Origin: an uncultured Phycisphaerales bacterium
GTDB taxonomy: Bacteria; Planctomycetota; Phycisphaerae; Sedimentisphaerales; Anaerobacaceae
Direction: 5' to 3'
DNA length: 64,000 nt
Assembly: GCA_963718665.1 (NCBI GenBank)
Contig: OY970359.1
Location: 1,824,001 to 1,888,000 of the forward strand
Shown: positions 18,520 through 28,542 of the stretch, piece by piece
How the letters are laid out: the number at the start of each line of letters is the position of its first letter
Numbering within the stretch: the stretch's first letter is position 1
Notes under the pieces: model-generated
Database searches by the model: none
Seen by the model: only the letters and a program-made list of their open reading frames with translations
Told to the model about the DNA's origin: nothing
Program-made: the position numbers and the translations under genes

Positions 18520-21123
18520 GTGAAAATATTCTGGTGTAATATTTTTGTATTTACGGTCTGTGTGGCGATTTTCACACAACCGGCGAGTTCGGCTGATGTG
18601 AATGATTCCAATTTAACGCAACCAGCGAGTTTGGCTGATGCGAACGATTCCAATTTAACACAGCCAGCGAGTTTAGCCGACGTGAATGATTCCAATTTAG
18701 CACAACCGGCGAGTTCGGCCGATGCGAACGATTCCAATTTAACGCAGCCGGTGAGCTCGGCTGATGTAAATGATTCCAATTTGACACAGCTGGCAAGTTT
18801 GACTGATGCGAATGACTCCAATTTAGCACAACCGGCGCCTTCGGCTGAGGTGAATGATTCCAATCAGGTAATTTCGGCGATTCGAGTCGAGGGCAACGTC
18901 AGCGTAAAGGAGCAGGACGTTCTTGCCAAGATTCGCACAAGACAGGACGAGGTCTTCAATTCCGCCATTGCGGCTGAAGACGTGAAGCGAATAGCCGAGA
19001 TTAAAGGTGTTGAATACTGCTATTACAATACCAAAGCAGTTAACGGGAAAACAGAACTGACTTTTGTCGTTGTCGAGAAAAATCTTATAAGGTCGATTGG
19101 CTTTACAGGCAATGAAACGTTTAAAGACAAAAAGCTCAAAGAGAAGCTTGGTTTCAAAGTCGGCGATTATCTTGACCCGGTCCTGGCGCATACTTATGCC
19201 ACAACAATTCTTGAGTTTTACCGCCAGAGCGGTTTTCCATATACCGAGGTATCGCTTGATACTGAGAAATTGTCCACCGGCAGGCTGGTTTATGATATCA
19301 AGGAAGGGCCGCGAGTAAAAATCGACGAGGTGAAATTCAGCGGCAATAAACACCTGGGGTCGCGCGAGTTAAAGCAAGCCATCAAGGCCCGCACCAGAAC
19401 ATGGGTGGTGTTCCAGAAATACTACAATGAGGATGAGCTTGCCGAGGACGTATCGAAGCTCCAGCGTGCGTATCAAAGGAAGGGTTTTCTTAACGCCAAG
19501 ATTGAGGCCCAGCGTCAGTTCAACGCCGACAAGAGTAAGATACGCATTACCTTTGTCATCGAGGAGGGGATTGCTTACACGGTCGAAAATACCATTTTTA
19601 CCGGCAACCAGGAGTATGACAACAAGAAGCTGTATGGGCAGATGACGCTTTTGAACGGCCAGACATACAACGAGCAAATGGCCGAAACTGATACAAAGCA
19701 GATTATTAAGCAATACAGGGAAAACGGCTTTATCGATGCAAAGGTCGAGCGGGGCATCAAGTTTGTTTCAGATAAGACGGTCGTTATCGAATACACAGTA
19801 AAAGAAGGCGGGCGTTTTCGCATAGGGCAGATAATAATTACCGGCAACGAGCAGACCAAAGACAAGGTTATTCGCCGGGTACTCGACGAGTATGACTTCC
19901 AGCCGGGCAAGTGGTACAACGGCGATATTGCCCGCGGAGACGGCAAGGGCGAACTCGAGAAAAATCTCCAGCAGAGTGTGCTCACCGAGCGCGACGGCGC
20001 GACAATCACGCCGTCCGGCTCAACCCCGGGCCAAAAAGATGCCCAGGTCAGTATTATCGAAGGCAAAACCGGGATGGTAATGTTGGGTGCGGGGATATCC
20101 AGCGACAGCGGCATTATGGGCCAGCTTACTTATGAGCAGAGGAATTTCGACATCGGCGATACGCCGAATAGTTTGGACGATTTTGCGTCGGGCAAGGCCT
20201 TCAAAGGCGGCGGGCAGACACTGCGAATTTCCCTGCAGCCCGGAACGCAACTGAGCACGTATTCAGTCAGCTTTACTGAACCGTATCTCAACGACAAGCC
20301 AGTCAGTTTGGACGTGGTCGGTTCGAGCTGGGAAAGATGGCGGGAATGTTACAACGAGGACAGATTAAAAGGATTTGTCGGTTTAGACAAGCGAGAACAA
20401 GACAAGTGGCATGAGAACATCGGGGTCCGCGTGGAAGAAGTCAAAATTACTAACATTGATTACTACGCGCCCGAAGAGATAAAGAAAGTCGCAGGCGAAA
20501 ATTTTCTCACCGGCGTCCGGGTTGGCGCGGGCAGAGACCTTACCGATAACAAGCTTAATCCCTCGAAGGGTCAGAATTTCGACGTATCTTACGAACAAGT
20601 TACCGGCGGCTACGATTTTGGTATTCTAAGCGGCACTTACAGAAAATATTTTACGCTATACGAGGATTTGGCGGAGCGAAAAACCATTTTGGCCACCAAA
20701 CTTTTAGGGGCGACAATTTTGGGCGATGCGCCTCCTTTTGAGAAGTTTTACGCGGGCGGCACCGGCGCTTACGGCATCCGCGGTTTCCAGTATCGCGGCG
20801 TCAGCACCAGGGGGCTTGAGACAAATATTCAACCGTGGCGTTTTCCGGAGCGAAGAGAGCCAATCGGCAGCGACTGGATAATCCTGGCGAATGCCGAAGC
20901 TGCCGTTCCGCTTGTCGGCGATAGCATATCGTTGTTATTCTTCATTGACAGCGGCAAAATCGATACCGGCGGCTACCGCGTCGGCGCCGGCACCGGTCTC
21001 CAGATAATGATACCGCAGTGGTTCGGACCTGTTCCAATGCGGTTTGAGCTCGCAGACCCGTTGATTAAAAGCGATGGCGACAAGACCCAGATATTCAGTT
21101 TCTCCGTCGGGACATTGTTCTGA
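18520..21123 (+). CDS. bamA: Outer membrane protein assembly factor BamA
   Basis: Signal peptide, POTRA repeats (I.F.GN...), FTEPYL, FYAGG...IRGF loop-6 motif, C-terminal FSVGTLF; followed by skp and lpxD. Confidence 0.92.
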   Translation: MKIFWCNIFVFTVCVAIFTQPASSADVNDSNLTQPASLADANDSNLTQPASLADVNDSNLAQPASSADANDSNLTQPVSSADVNDSNLTQLASLTDANDSNLAQPAPSAEVNDSNQVISAIRVEGNVSVKEQDVLAKIRTRQDEVFNSAIAAEDVKRIAEIKGVEYCYYNTKAVNGKTELTFVVVEKNLIRSIGFTGNETFKDKKLKEKLGFKVGDYLDPVLAHTYATTILEFYRQSGFPYTEVSLDTEKLSTGRLVYDIKEGPRVKIDEVKFSGNKHLGSRELKQAIKARTRTWVVFQKYYNEDELAEDVSKLQRAYQRKGFLNAKIEAQRQFNADKSKIRITFVIEEGIAYTVENTIFTGNQEYDNKKLYGQMTLLNGQTYNEQMAETDTKQIIKQYRENGFIDAKVERGIKFVSDKTVVIEYTVKEGGRFRIGQIIITGNEQTKDKVIRRVLDEYDFQPGKWYNGDIARGDGKGELEKNLQQSVLTERDGATITPSGSTPGQKDAQVSIIEGKTGMVMLGAGISSDSGIMGQLTYEQRNFDIGDTPNSLDDFASGKAFKGGGQTLRISLQPGTQLSTYSVSFTEPYLNDKPVSLDVVGSSWERWRECYNEDRLKGFVGLDKREQDKWHENIGVRVEEVKITNIDYYAPEEIKKVAGENFLTGVRVGAGRDLTDNKLNPSKGQNFDVSYEQVTGGYDFGILSGTYRKYFTLYEDLAERKTILATKLLGATILGDAPPFEKFYAGGTGAYGIRGFQYRGVSTRGLETNIQPWRFPERREPIGSDWIILANAEAAVPLVGDSISLLFFIDSGKIDTGGYRVGAGTGLQIMIPQWFGPVPMRFELADPLIKSDGDKTQIFSFSVGTLF
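18574..18867 (+). repeat. Seven tandem 42-bp (14-aa) repeats at the BamA N-terminus
   Basis: TQPASSADVNDSNL-type units x7, with V/A alternating. Confidence 0.95.
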
Positions 21124-21150
21124 GGTCTGAATTATCGGGGCAGGAGGGGT

Positions 21151-21179
21151 TTGCGGATTTATCCGGTTTTTCGTAGAAT
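21151..21179 (+). promoter_or_regulatory. Putative internal sigma70 promoter for skp-lpx
   Basis: TTGCGG-17 nt-TAGAAT. Confidence 0.5.
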
Positions 21180-21222
21180 ATCCGCCGTGTAAGGATTGAT
21201 AATCAATAAGAAAGGGAAAATT

Positions 21223-21810
21223 ATGAAGCTTAAGTCAATTGTTGTTATGGTTCTGGTAATAATAATGTCAGGTTTTATTGTGAACGCCGGGGCTGTTAGG
21301 GCGGCGGATAATAAGTGCCTGAAGATAGGTGTTGTAAGCGTCCGCAAGATATTCCAGGACTGCAAGCGTAACACGAAGTACAGACAGGAAATGACCGCCG
21401 AGCGAGATAAGCTCGAAGCGGAACTTGATAGCTTGTCCAAGGATATAGATGCCAGCAAAAGCAAGTTGAAGATGCTGAAACAGGGCAGCGCGGATTATTT
21501 ATCGGGGATGAAGGATGTGTTAGACAAGCAGGCGAGTTTGCAGGCCAAGCAGGAATACTTCAAACGCCAGATGGATATACGGGAGCAGACGGTCGTTGAG
21601 CAGCTTTTCAAGGATGTCATCAAAGCAACCGGTGAAGTCGCAAAAGAAAAAGGATTCGACCTGGTGCTCGAAAAAAGTGAGCCGGACCTGCCGGCAGCAA
21701 ATACGAATGAGCTTACGCTGACAATCAGCACGCACAAGGTTTTGTATAGTTCCGGCTGTGAGGATATTACCGACGCAGTTATGGCGAAGGTTGACGCTAA
21801 TTCGCTGTAA
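21223..21810 (+). CDS. skp: OmpH/Skp periplasmic chaperone
   Basis: Signal peptide, KIGVVSV, coiled coil, VAKEKGFDLVL, DITDAV; located between bamA and lpxD. Confidence 0.88.
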   Translation: MKLKSIVVMVLVIIMSGFIVNAGAVRAADNKCLKIGVVSVRKIFQDCKRNTKYRQEMTAERDKLEAELDSLSKDIDASKSKLKMLKQGSADYLSGMKDVLDKQASLQAKQEYFKRQMDIREQTVVEQLFKDVIKATGEVAKEKGFDLVLEKSEPDLPAANTNELTLTISTHKVLYSSGCEDITDAVMAKVDANSL

Positions 21811-21847
21811 GCGAATTTATTGATAATCAATAAAAAATGTGCGAGTT

Positions 21848-22900
21848 ATGGAACTGACGGTTACGGAAATAGCTAAGCGTCTGAATGCCGAGTTGATTGG
21901 TCCCGGCCAGTCCGTCATTCGTTCGGTTGGGCCTGTTGGTTCCGCCGACCAGGCAACGCTGACTTTTCTGGCGGACGACAAACATCTCGCTGAACTGAAA
22001 AAATCCCGTTGCGGCGCCGTTATAATCAACAAGGCAATCGAAGAATTTTCGCAACCCCAGTTGATTGTGAAAGATGTCAACGCGGCGTTGATTGAGGCGT
22101 TGAAGATTTTTGCGCCTAAATTGGAGCCGGCTGTGCCGGGCGTGGACTCGGCCGCCAAAGTTGCTGCTGGCGTTAAAATCGGCAAGAATGTTTCGATTGG
22201 CCCATTTGCGGTTATCGAGGGTGGTGTTGAAATCGGCGACGATACGATTATTGCCGCGGGCTGCAAAATCGGCCAGAACACGAAAATTGGCCGGGCCACG
22301 CGACTCGACTGCAATGTTGTTGTTTATCATAACTGCACTATAGGAAATAACGTTATAATTCAGGCCAATACCGTAATCGGTTCTGTTGGCTTTGGCTATT
22401 CTTTTATTGACGGTGCTCACCGGCTTATCCCGCATAATGGTGTTGTTGTTATCGAGGATTATGTGGATATAGGCGCAAACTGCTGTGTTGACAGGGCAAA
22501 ATTCGGCGAGACGCGAATAGGCGCGGGCACAAAAATTGATAACCTCGTTCAGATTGCCCATAACGTGATAATCGGCAGGTGTTGCCTGATAGCGGGCCAG
22601 GTGGGCATATCCGGCAGTTGTAAAATAGGCGACGGCGTCGTTCTCGCGGGCCAGGTTGGTGTTGCAGACAATATCGAGATAGGTGCGGGCGTCATAGTCG
22701 GCGCACAGGCAGGCGTGACTAACAGCGTCCGGCCGGGTAAACAGATGCTCGGCTCACCAGCAATCGAACACAAAGACGCGCTGCGGGTTATGGTCAGCAG
22801 TTTGCGACTGCCCAAACTCATCGAGCAGTTCAAACAATTATGCGCAAGGGTGGAAAAACTTGAAACTGCAAAAGACGATAGCGACCCCGACAGCCATTAG
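21848..22900 (+). CDS. lpxD: UDP-3-O-acylglucosamine N-acyltransferase
   Basis: Hexapeptide repeats, [28 protein letters not shown]. Confidence 0.95.
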   Translation: MELTVTEIAKRLNAELIGPGQSVIRSVGPVGSADQATLTFLADDKHLAELKKSRCGAVIINKAIEEFSQPQLIVKDVNAALIEALKIFAPKLEPAVPGVDSAAKVAAGVKIGKNVSIGPFAVIEGGVEIGDDTIIAAGCKIGQNTKIGRATRLDCNVVVYHNCTIGNNVIIQANTVIGSVGFGYSFIDGAHRLIPHNGVVVIEDYVDIGANCCVDRAKFGETRIGAGTKIDNLVQIAHNVIIGRCCLIAGQVGISGSCKIGDGVVLAGQVGVADNIEIGAGVIVGAQAGVTNSVRPGKQMLGSPAIEHKDALRVMVSSLRLPKLIEQFKQLCARVEKLETAKDDSDPDSH

Positions 22901-24170
22901 CGGCAAGGGCCTGTTTGGCGGCAAGGAGGCGTCGGTTGTTTTTCGCCCCGCCCCGGTTGATACAGGCGTGGTTTTCGTCCGCACCGATTTGGCGGAGCCG
23001 GTTCGCATCAGGGCTATCGCCTTGAATATTGGCGAACGAACCCGCCGAACCACCATAAAAAAAGGTCCCGTCAGCATCGAAACCGTCGAGCATTGCCTGG
23101 CCGCTATTTCTGCCCTTGAAATAGATAATCTCACTATCGAAGTTGACGCGTCCGAGCTGCCGGCGCCGGATTGCAGCGCCGGGGAGTTTTTCCGGGTATT
23201 GAGCCAGGCGGGTCTCGTCGAGCAGGAAGCCCCGCGGCACGAATTCGTAATCCAGGAACCTATTTTAATAACATCGGGCGACGCCTCGATATACGCGCTG
23301 CCGTTCGCGGACGACACACTGAATATCACATACGACCTCGACTACGGGGGGCACACAGGAATCGGCAGACAAATTTACAGTTGTCGCCTTACCTCCGACA
23401 GTTTCGAAAAGAATCTCGCCCGCGCCAGGACGTTTCTTCTTGAGGTCGAGGCCAGGCAGTTCCAGTCGCACGGGATGGGGACACATCTTACGCCGAGGGA
23501 TATTCTTGTTATTGATTCCGACGGCCCGATTAAAAACTCATACAGGTTTCCTGATGAATGCGTCAGGCATAAAATAGTTGACCTCATAGGCGACCTTTCT
23601 CTGGTCGGCAGGGCGGTCAAGGGCAGGATTGTCTCGTATAAAAGCGGTCATTCGCTGAATCATCAGCTTGCGCATAAGCTTTATGAGGCAGCCGAAAGGC
23701 AGGAGCGCACCGCAAAATTCGGCACCGATGCGCTGCTCGATATCCGCGCAATAACCAAAATACTCCCGCACCGCTACCCGTTTTTGCTGGTTGACAAGGT
23801 AATCGAGCTTGAAAGCGACGGGTTCATAAAAGGCATAAAAAACGTAACCTACAATGAGCATTTTTTCCAGGGGCATTTCCCCGGCACGCCCATTATGCCG
23901 GGCGTTCTTGTCGTGGAAGCGATGGCCCAGATATCGGGCCTGATGTTTGCCCAGCGGCTCGAGCACACGGGCAAGCTGGCGGTTTTGCTGAGTATGGACG
24001 GCGTAAAGCTTCGCAGGGCCGTGGTTCCCGGCGACCAGATTGTTCTTACCGCGGAAGCCGTTAAGAGTCATACGAGAAGCGCCCATTGTAAATGCAAGGC
24101 AACGGTAGGCGATGTGGTTGTCGCCGAATGTGAACTCAAGTTTATGCTCGTGGACAATGATAAATTATAG
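22860..24170 (+). CDS. lpxC-fabZ: Bifunctional LpxC deacetylase / FabZ dehydratase fusion
   Basis: TVEHCLAA and [11 protein letters not shown] (LpxC), then [12 protein letters not shown] and [16 protein letters not shown] (FabZ) in one ORF. Confidence 0.93.
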   Translation: MKLQKTIATPTAISGKGLFGGKEASVVFRPAPVDTGVVFVRTDLAEPVRIRAIALNIGERTRRTTIKKGPVSIETVEHCLAAISALEIDNLTIEVDASELPAPDCSAGEFFRVLSQAGLVEQEAPRHEFVIQEPILITSGDASIYALPFADDTLNITYDLDYGGHTGIGRQIYSCRLTSDSFEKNLARARTFLLEVEARQFQSHGMGTHLTPRDILVIDSDGPIKNSYRFPDECVRHKIVDLIGDLSLVGRAVKGRIVSYKSGHSLNHQLAHKLYEAAERQERTAKFGTDALLDIRAITKILPHRYPFLLVDKVIELESDGFIKGIKNVTYNEHFFQGHFPGTPIMPGVLVVEAMAQISGLMFAQRLEHTGKLAVLLSMDGVKLRRAVVPGDQIVLTAEAVKSHTRSAHCKCKATVGDVVVAECELKFMLVDNDKL

Positions 24171-24200
24171 AATATTAAAATCGAAATACAGGATGCCAAA

Positions 24201-25007
24201 ATGAAACAGATTCACTCAACAGCGGTTATTGAAGAAGGAGCAATTATACAGGAAGGCGTCGTAATCGGGCCTCATTGCTTTGTGGACACCGGCTCAGTTA
24301 TCGGAGAAGGGACTGTCCTCGAGGCCAGCGTCGTCATCGGTAAAAACGTCCGCATCGGAAAACGTAATCATCTGTTCCCCCATTGTGTAATAGGAGGCCA
24401 GCCCCAGATACTCAATCTTGGCCCCGACGCCAAAATCGGCGGCCTGGTAATCGGCGACGACAACACAATTCGCGAACAGGTTACTATTCATCCGAGTATG
24501 CACCACGACGCTCTCACTAAAATCGGCAACTCCAATCTGATTATGGTTGGCGTGCATATCGGCCACGATTGTGTCCTTGAAGACAAAATCGTCCTCAGCA
24601 ATTTCACGCAACTAAGCGGTCACTGTAAAATCGAGACAGGTGTCTGGCTTTCAGGGGTGGTACTGATTCACCAGTTTACTACCGTCGGCAGATGGTGTTA
24701 CGCCGCGGCTATTGCGGGAATTAACAAGGATGTTCCGCCTTTTTTGATTGTCAGCGGGCACTATCCGCCGGAGGTTCGAGGCGTCAATAAGCGAGGTCTC
24801 AAACGCGCCGGGCTGAACGAGAAACAACAGAAGGCAATCCAGGATGCTTATAAGCATCTCTACCGCGACGACAAAAAGCCATTGCTGCAGAAGGCAAAGG
24901 AAATGGCCAAGGAAGCCGGCCTCGACGAGAACGTCCGTGATATGGTTGACGCCATTCTGAAAAGCAGCGAGCAGCGCTACGGCAGGTATCTCGAAAAATT
25001 CAGATAG
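24201..25007 (+). CDS. lpxA: Acyl-ACP--UDP-N-acetylglucosamine acyltransferase
   Basis: IHSTAVI, IREQVTIH, HIGHDC, HQF, DVPPF, GVNKRGLKRAG. Confidence 0.93.
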   Translation: MKQIHSTAVIEEGAIIQEGVVIGPHCFVDTGSVIGEGTVLEASVVIGKNVRIGKRNHLFPHCVIGGQPQILNLGPDAKIGGLVIGDDNTIREQVTIHPSMHHDALTKIGNSNLIMVGVHIGHDCVLEDKIVLSNFTQLSGHCKIETGVWLSGVVLIHQFTTVGRWCYAAAIAGINKDVPPFLIVSGHYPPEVRGVNKRGLKRAGLNEKQQKAIQDAYKHLYRDDKKPLLQKAKEMAKEAGLDENVRDMVDAILKSSEQRYGRYLEKFR

Positions 25008-25047
25008 TATTTGATGTGCCGATGGGGGCTATCCTTAAGGGATTGAC

Positions 25048-26055
25048 ATGGATAAATTACGAACCGCAGTCGTTGGCGCAGGCAAAATGGGCGAGATTCA
25101 CGCCCGCGTTTACTCAGAGCTGCCCCAGAGCAATCTTGTTGCCATTGTCGATGTTGATGCAGACAAGGCGAAACGGCTGGCGAAAAAATACCGCTGTGAA
25201 TCAGCCCAGAATGTGACCGAATTGATTGGCAAAGTCGATGCGGTAACAATCTCCGCTCCGACCACCGAGCATTTTTCGCTGGCAAAGCCGCTGATTGAGG
25301 CGGGTATCGCGGTCCTTATCGAAAAACCCCTGGCAGCCGACGTGAATCAGGCGAGAGATATTGTCGCACTTGCCAAGAAGACCGGCTGTCTTGTCGCGGT
25401 AGGCCATTCCGAGCGATGCAATCCTGTTGTTCAGGCGATGAAGCGGCTGCAAATCGAGCCGAAATTTATTGAGGCGGCGAGGATAAGTCCGTATCCTTTT
25501 CGCTCAACCGATATCGGCGTTGTTCTTGATATTATGATTCACGACATCGATATTATATTGTCGCTTGCCGCGAGCAGGGTCGTCAAGGTTGACGCCGTTG
25601 GGATAGGCGTTATTGACCCGGCTAATGAAGATATCTGTAATGCCAGAATCTCTTTTGAAAACGGCTGTGTCGCCAATGTAACCGCGTCGCGGCTCGCCTT
25701 GAAAACCGAACGCAAAGTCCGGGTTTTCAGCAAGCAGGCGTATCTCAGCGTGGATTATTTCAAAAAAACGGGCGTGGTAATCAAGGCCGCTCCGAATATA
25801 GACCTTGTCGAGAAAATCAGGCAGCTAAAAAAAGCGGGGACATTCGCCTTGCTTACCGGCGGCTGGCAGGACCTTCTGCACCGCGAAACTCTCGACGTTG
25901 ACGACAAAGAGCCGCTTCGTCTTGAGCAGGAGGCGTTTCTGCGGGCGGTTGCCGACAAGACGCTTCGACCTGAAGTTGTCGCCGAAGAAGGCCTTGCAGC
26001 AATGGAATGCGCTGCTATGATACTTGAGTCAATGCGACAGCATAAGTGGGAATGA
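25048..26055 (+). CDS. Gfo/Idh/MocA oxidoreductase, probable UDP-GlcNAc 3-dehydrogenase (GnnA-like)
   Basis: GAGKMG, IEKPLA, VGHSERCNP, RSTDIGVVLDIMIHDID, TASR; directly after lpxA. Confidence 0.75.
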   Translation: MDKLRTAVVGAGKMGEIHARVYSELPQSNLVAIVDVDADKAKRLAKKYRCESAQNVTELIGKVDAVTISAPTTEHFSLAKPLIEAGIAVLIEKPLAADVNQARDIVALAKKTGCLVAVGHSERCNPVVQAMKRLQIEPKFIEAARISPYPFRSTDIGVVLDIMIHDIDIILSLAASRVVKVDAVGIGVIDPANEDICNARISFENGCVANVTASRLALKTERKVRVFSKQAYLSVDYFKKTGVVIKAAPNIDLVEKIRQLKKAGTFALLTGGWQDLLHRETLDVDDKEPLRLEQEAFLRAVADKTLRPEVVAEEGLAAMECAAMILESMRQHKWE

Positions 26056-26089
26056 TTGTTTACTATTGATTGATGATGGAAGGTGTTAT

Positions 26090-26674
26090 ATGAAATACAG
26101 GAACTCAGGCATTTACCTGTTTATTGTTGCGGCTGCTTTGGTGTTTTTGGTGTTCGGCTGCCGGCCGGAAAAAGGTAATCTTAAGGGGCTAAAAATGGTG
26201 AAACTGGAAACCACGAAAGGCGCAATAGTAATTGAAGTCAACGAAATGGCTGCCCCGATAACGGTTGCCAATTTCCTGCAATATGTTAAGGATGGTTTCT
26301 ACGACGGGACGATATTCCACAGGGTCATACCCAATTTTATGATTCAGGGCGGCGGCTTTACCCCTGATATGAAGCAAAAAACGACCCGTCCGCCGATTGT
26401 TAATGAAGCCAAAAACGGCCTCAAGAACAAACGCGGAACAGTCGCGATGGCCCGGTTAGACGACCCCAACAGCGCTACTTCCCAGTTTTATATCAACCTC
26501 ATTGATAATGTCCATCTCGATACATTCAACTACACTGTCTTCGGGCAGGTTGTCGAAGGTATGGACGTCGTCGATGCAATCGCCAAGGTCAAGAGGGGTA
26601 TAAAAGGGATGTCCCGGGATGTCCCCGAAGAGACGATTATTATTAAATCAGCAAAAGTCGTATCTAAAAAGTAA
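26090..26674 (+). CDS. Cyclophilin-type peptidyl-prolyl isomerase (lipoprotein)
   Basis: Lipobox LVFGC; FYDGTIFHRVIPNFMIQGGGF, RGTVAMAR, SATSQFYIN, YTVFGQVVEGMDVVD. Confidence 0.92.
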   Translation: MKYRNSGIYLFIVAAALVFLVFGCRPEKGNLKGLKMVKLETTKGAIVIEVNEMAAPITVANFLQYVKDGFYDGTIFHRVIPNFMIQGGGFTPDMKQKTTRPPIVNEAKNGLKNKRGTVAMARLDDPNSATSQFYINLIDNVHLDTFNYTVFGQVVEGMDVVDAIAKVKRGIKGMSRDVPEETIIIKSAKVVSKK

Positions 26675-26710
26675 TGGGGGATAAAAAACTTTTTTTGAAA
26701 GGGTAAACAG

Positions 26711-27328
26711 ATGAGCAAAATCGTAAAGGTAAGTTTGGTAATCCTGGCGGTTTTGCCTGTCCTGTGCAACCTTGAATCCCGCGCTGCTGATAAACAGGAG
26801 GCAGACACACAGAAGAAAGTCGAAAACCCATATGAAAGGGCCGCAGTAACGATAGATGCTTCTGTTATTGAGGTAAATCTAATCAACGCTGCGCAACTTG
26901 GTCTTGCGCCTCGCAACCAAAAAGGCGAAACAGTGTCAGTTGAGAAAATACAGGCAGCCCTCGCGAAAGGTACTGCTAAGGTTGCGGCGGGCACAAAGCT
27001 GGCCGCGCAAAATTTCAAGACAGCGAAAGTGTCGTGTTACCAACAAATTAAGGTTGGTTCTACAACAAGTTATCAGGTGTACAATATGGGTATGGAGTTC
27101 GCCGTTCAGCCATTTGTTTCTTCCGATGGAGGAATAACCTTGTCGTATAAGTTTGAACAGAGCGGATTCGACCGTGTATCTCAAATAGATTCTCTCCCGA
27201 GTACCTTTGCCAGAAAACTCGAAGGCGAAATCCGCCTTGATTCCGGTAAGCCGATAATAGCTGGCAGCGCCCAAAATGATGACGAAGCGTACTTTCTGGT
27301 TATCAGCGCTACTATCGAAAATAAATAG
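26711..27328 (+). CDS. Small exported protein resembling the secretin C-terminal domain
   Basis: Signal peptide; V.IDASVIEV, NMGMEFAVQPFV..DG.I.L, F.R.....I.L.SGKPII.G pattern. Confidence 0.5.
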   Translation: MSKIVKVSLVILAVLPVLCNLESRAADKQEADTQKKVENPYERAAVTIDASVIEVNLINAAQLGLAPRNQKGETVSVEKIQAALAKGTAKVAAGTKLAAQNFKTAKVSCYQQIKVGSTTSYQVYNMGMEFAVQPFVSSDGGITLSYKFEQSGFDRVSQIDSLPSTFARKLEGEIRLDSGKPIIAGSAQNDDEAYFLVISATIENK

Positions 27329-27360
27329 ATAACAACATTGCAAGTGCCTGAAACTGATTT

Positions 27361-27867
27361 ATGACAGCCGAGCAGATAATAAAGCATTTTAAGATGCAGC
27401 CGTTGCCGCAGGAGGGCGGGTTTTTTATCGAAACCTACCGTGCCGCAGAGATGCTGAAAAAAGGAATTTTGCCTGCTGGCTTCTCGGGCGACCGCAATAT
27501 CAGCACCGTTATTCTCTACCTGCTTACCGCCAAAACCGTTTCGCTGATGCATCGGCTGAAGTGCGATGAGATGTTCCATTTTTATCTGGGGAACTCCGTA
27601 ACGATGCTGCAACTGCACCCAGACGGCTCAAGCGAAATTATCACCCTTGGCCATGACATCTTAAACGAGCAAAAAGTTCAGGTTCTTGTCCCCAAAGGCA
27701 CCTGGCAGGGGGCATTCATCCAGCCCGGCGGAAAGTTTTCGCTGATGGGCTGCTCCGTCGCTCCAGGTTTTGACGAGGCCGACTTCGAGCTGGGCGACAG
27801 GGAAACGTTGCTCGCCGAATATCCGGATATGCGGGAGCTTATCCTTCATTTGACTCACGCTCGTTGA
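27361..27867 (+). CDS. Cupin domain protein (DUF985/Cupin_5 type)
   Basis: PLPQEGGFFIETYR, STVILYLL, HRL..DEMFHFYLG, WQGA, VAPGFD..DFELG. Confidence 0.88.
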   Translation: MTAEQIIKHFKMQPLPQEGGFFIETYRAAEMLKKGILPAGFSGDRNISTVILYLLTAKTVSLMHRLKCDEMFHFYLGNSVTMLQLHPDGSSEIITLGHDILNEQKVQVLVPKGTWQGAFIQPGGKFSLMGCSVAPGFDEADFELGDRETLLAEYPDMRELILHLTHAR

Positions 27868-27869
27868 CT

Positions 27870-28541
27870 TTAAGCAAGTTTGGCTTGCCCTACTAATTGA
27901 TGCGCCAATCGGCTCGGCTCAGGCAATCGGAATTTAGTCGTGCAATCCAAAACAATACTTATCGCGTCGTCGAGCGTGCATTTGTGTCCGACTGAAACAT
28001 ATACCGGCTTGACGTCTGTTCGCGTTCGCAAAACCGCGCCAATCTCTTCGCCTGAATCCATAAGCGGGTTATGGCTGCCTTTTTTGCTTCCCGGCTCATC
28101 AAATGTCCCGATTAGCCGGCTTTTTGCGCAGCCAATCGTCGGCTTATCAATAAGCAAACCTATGTGTGAGGCGATACCAAGTCGCCGAGGATGCGCGATA
28201 CCCTGACCATCGACGATAAAAACGTCGGGCGTTTTTTTTAGTTTCTCGATTGCGTCGATGCACGCCGGCGTTTCTCGAAACGACAGTAAACCCGGTATGT
28301 ATGGAAAAACGACTTTACGACTGGATGTTGTGGTCTCGATAATCGAAAAATCAGAAGTGTCAATCACGACGGCTGCGGCGAATATATTTTTGCCGTCTTT
28401 GCTGAACGCGCAATCCAGCCCCGCGATTATTTTGGGCTTTTTCTTCATCGCGATAAATCGAACTTGTGAGGCCAAACGGCGCTGTATCTCTATCGCTTCT
28501 TTGCAGGACAAATCCCATTCGTGAAGGTTTCTTGCTTTCAT
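27870..28541 (-). CDS. nfi: Endonuclease V
   Basis: IAGLD, FPYIPGLLSFRE, VDGQGIAHPRRLGIASH, IGCAKSRL, PVYVSVGH, RLPEP. Confidence 0.95.
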   Translation of the reverse strand: MKARNLHEWDLSCKEAIEIQRRLASQVRFIAMKKKPKIIAGLDCAFSKDGKNIFAAAVVIDTSDFSIIETTTSSRKVVFPYIPGLLSFRETPACIDAIEKLKKTPDVFIVDGQGIAHPRRLGIASHIGLLIDKPTIGCAKSRLIGTFDEPGSKKGSHNPLMDSGEEIGAVLRTRTDVKPVYVSVGHKCTLDDAISIVLDCTTKFRLPEPSRLAHQLVGQAKLA

Positions 28542-28542
28542 C

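Noticed and set aside
18574..18867. 42-bp BamA repeats as a CRISPR array
   Set aside because: They are head-to-tail with no unique spacers, are in frame, and vary mostly at synonymous positions.
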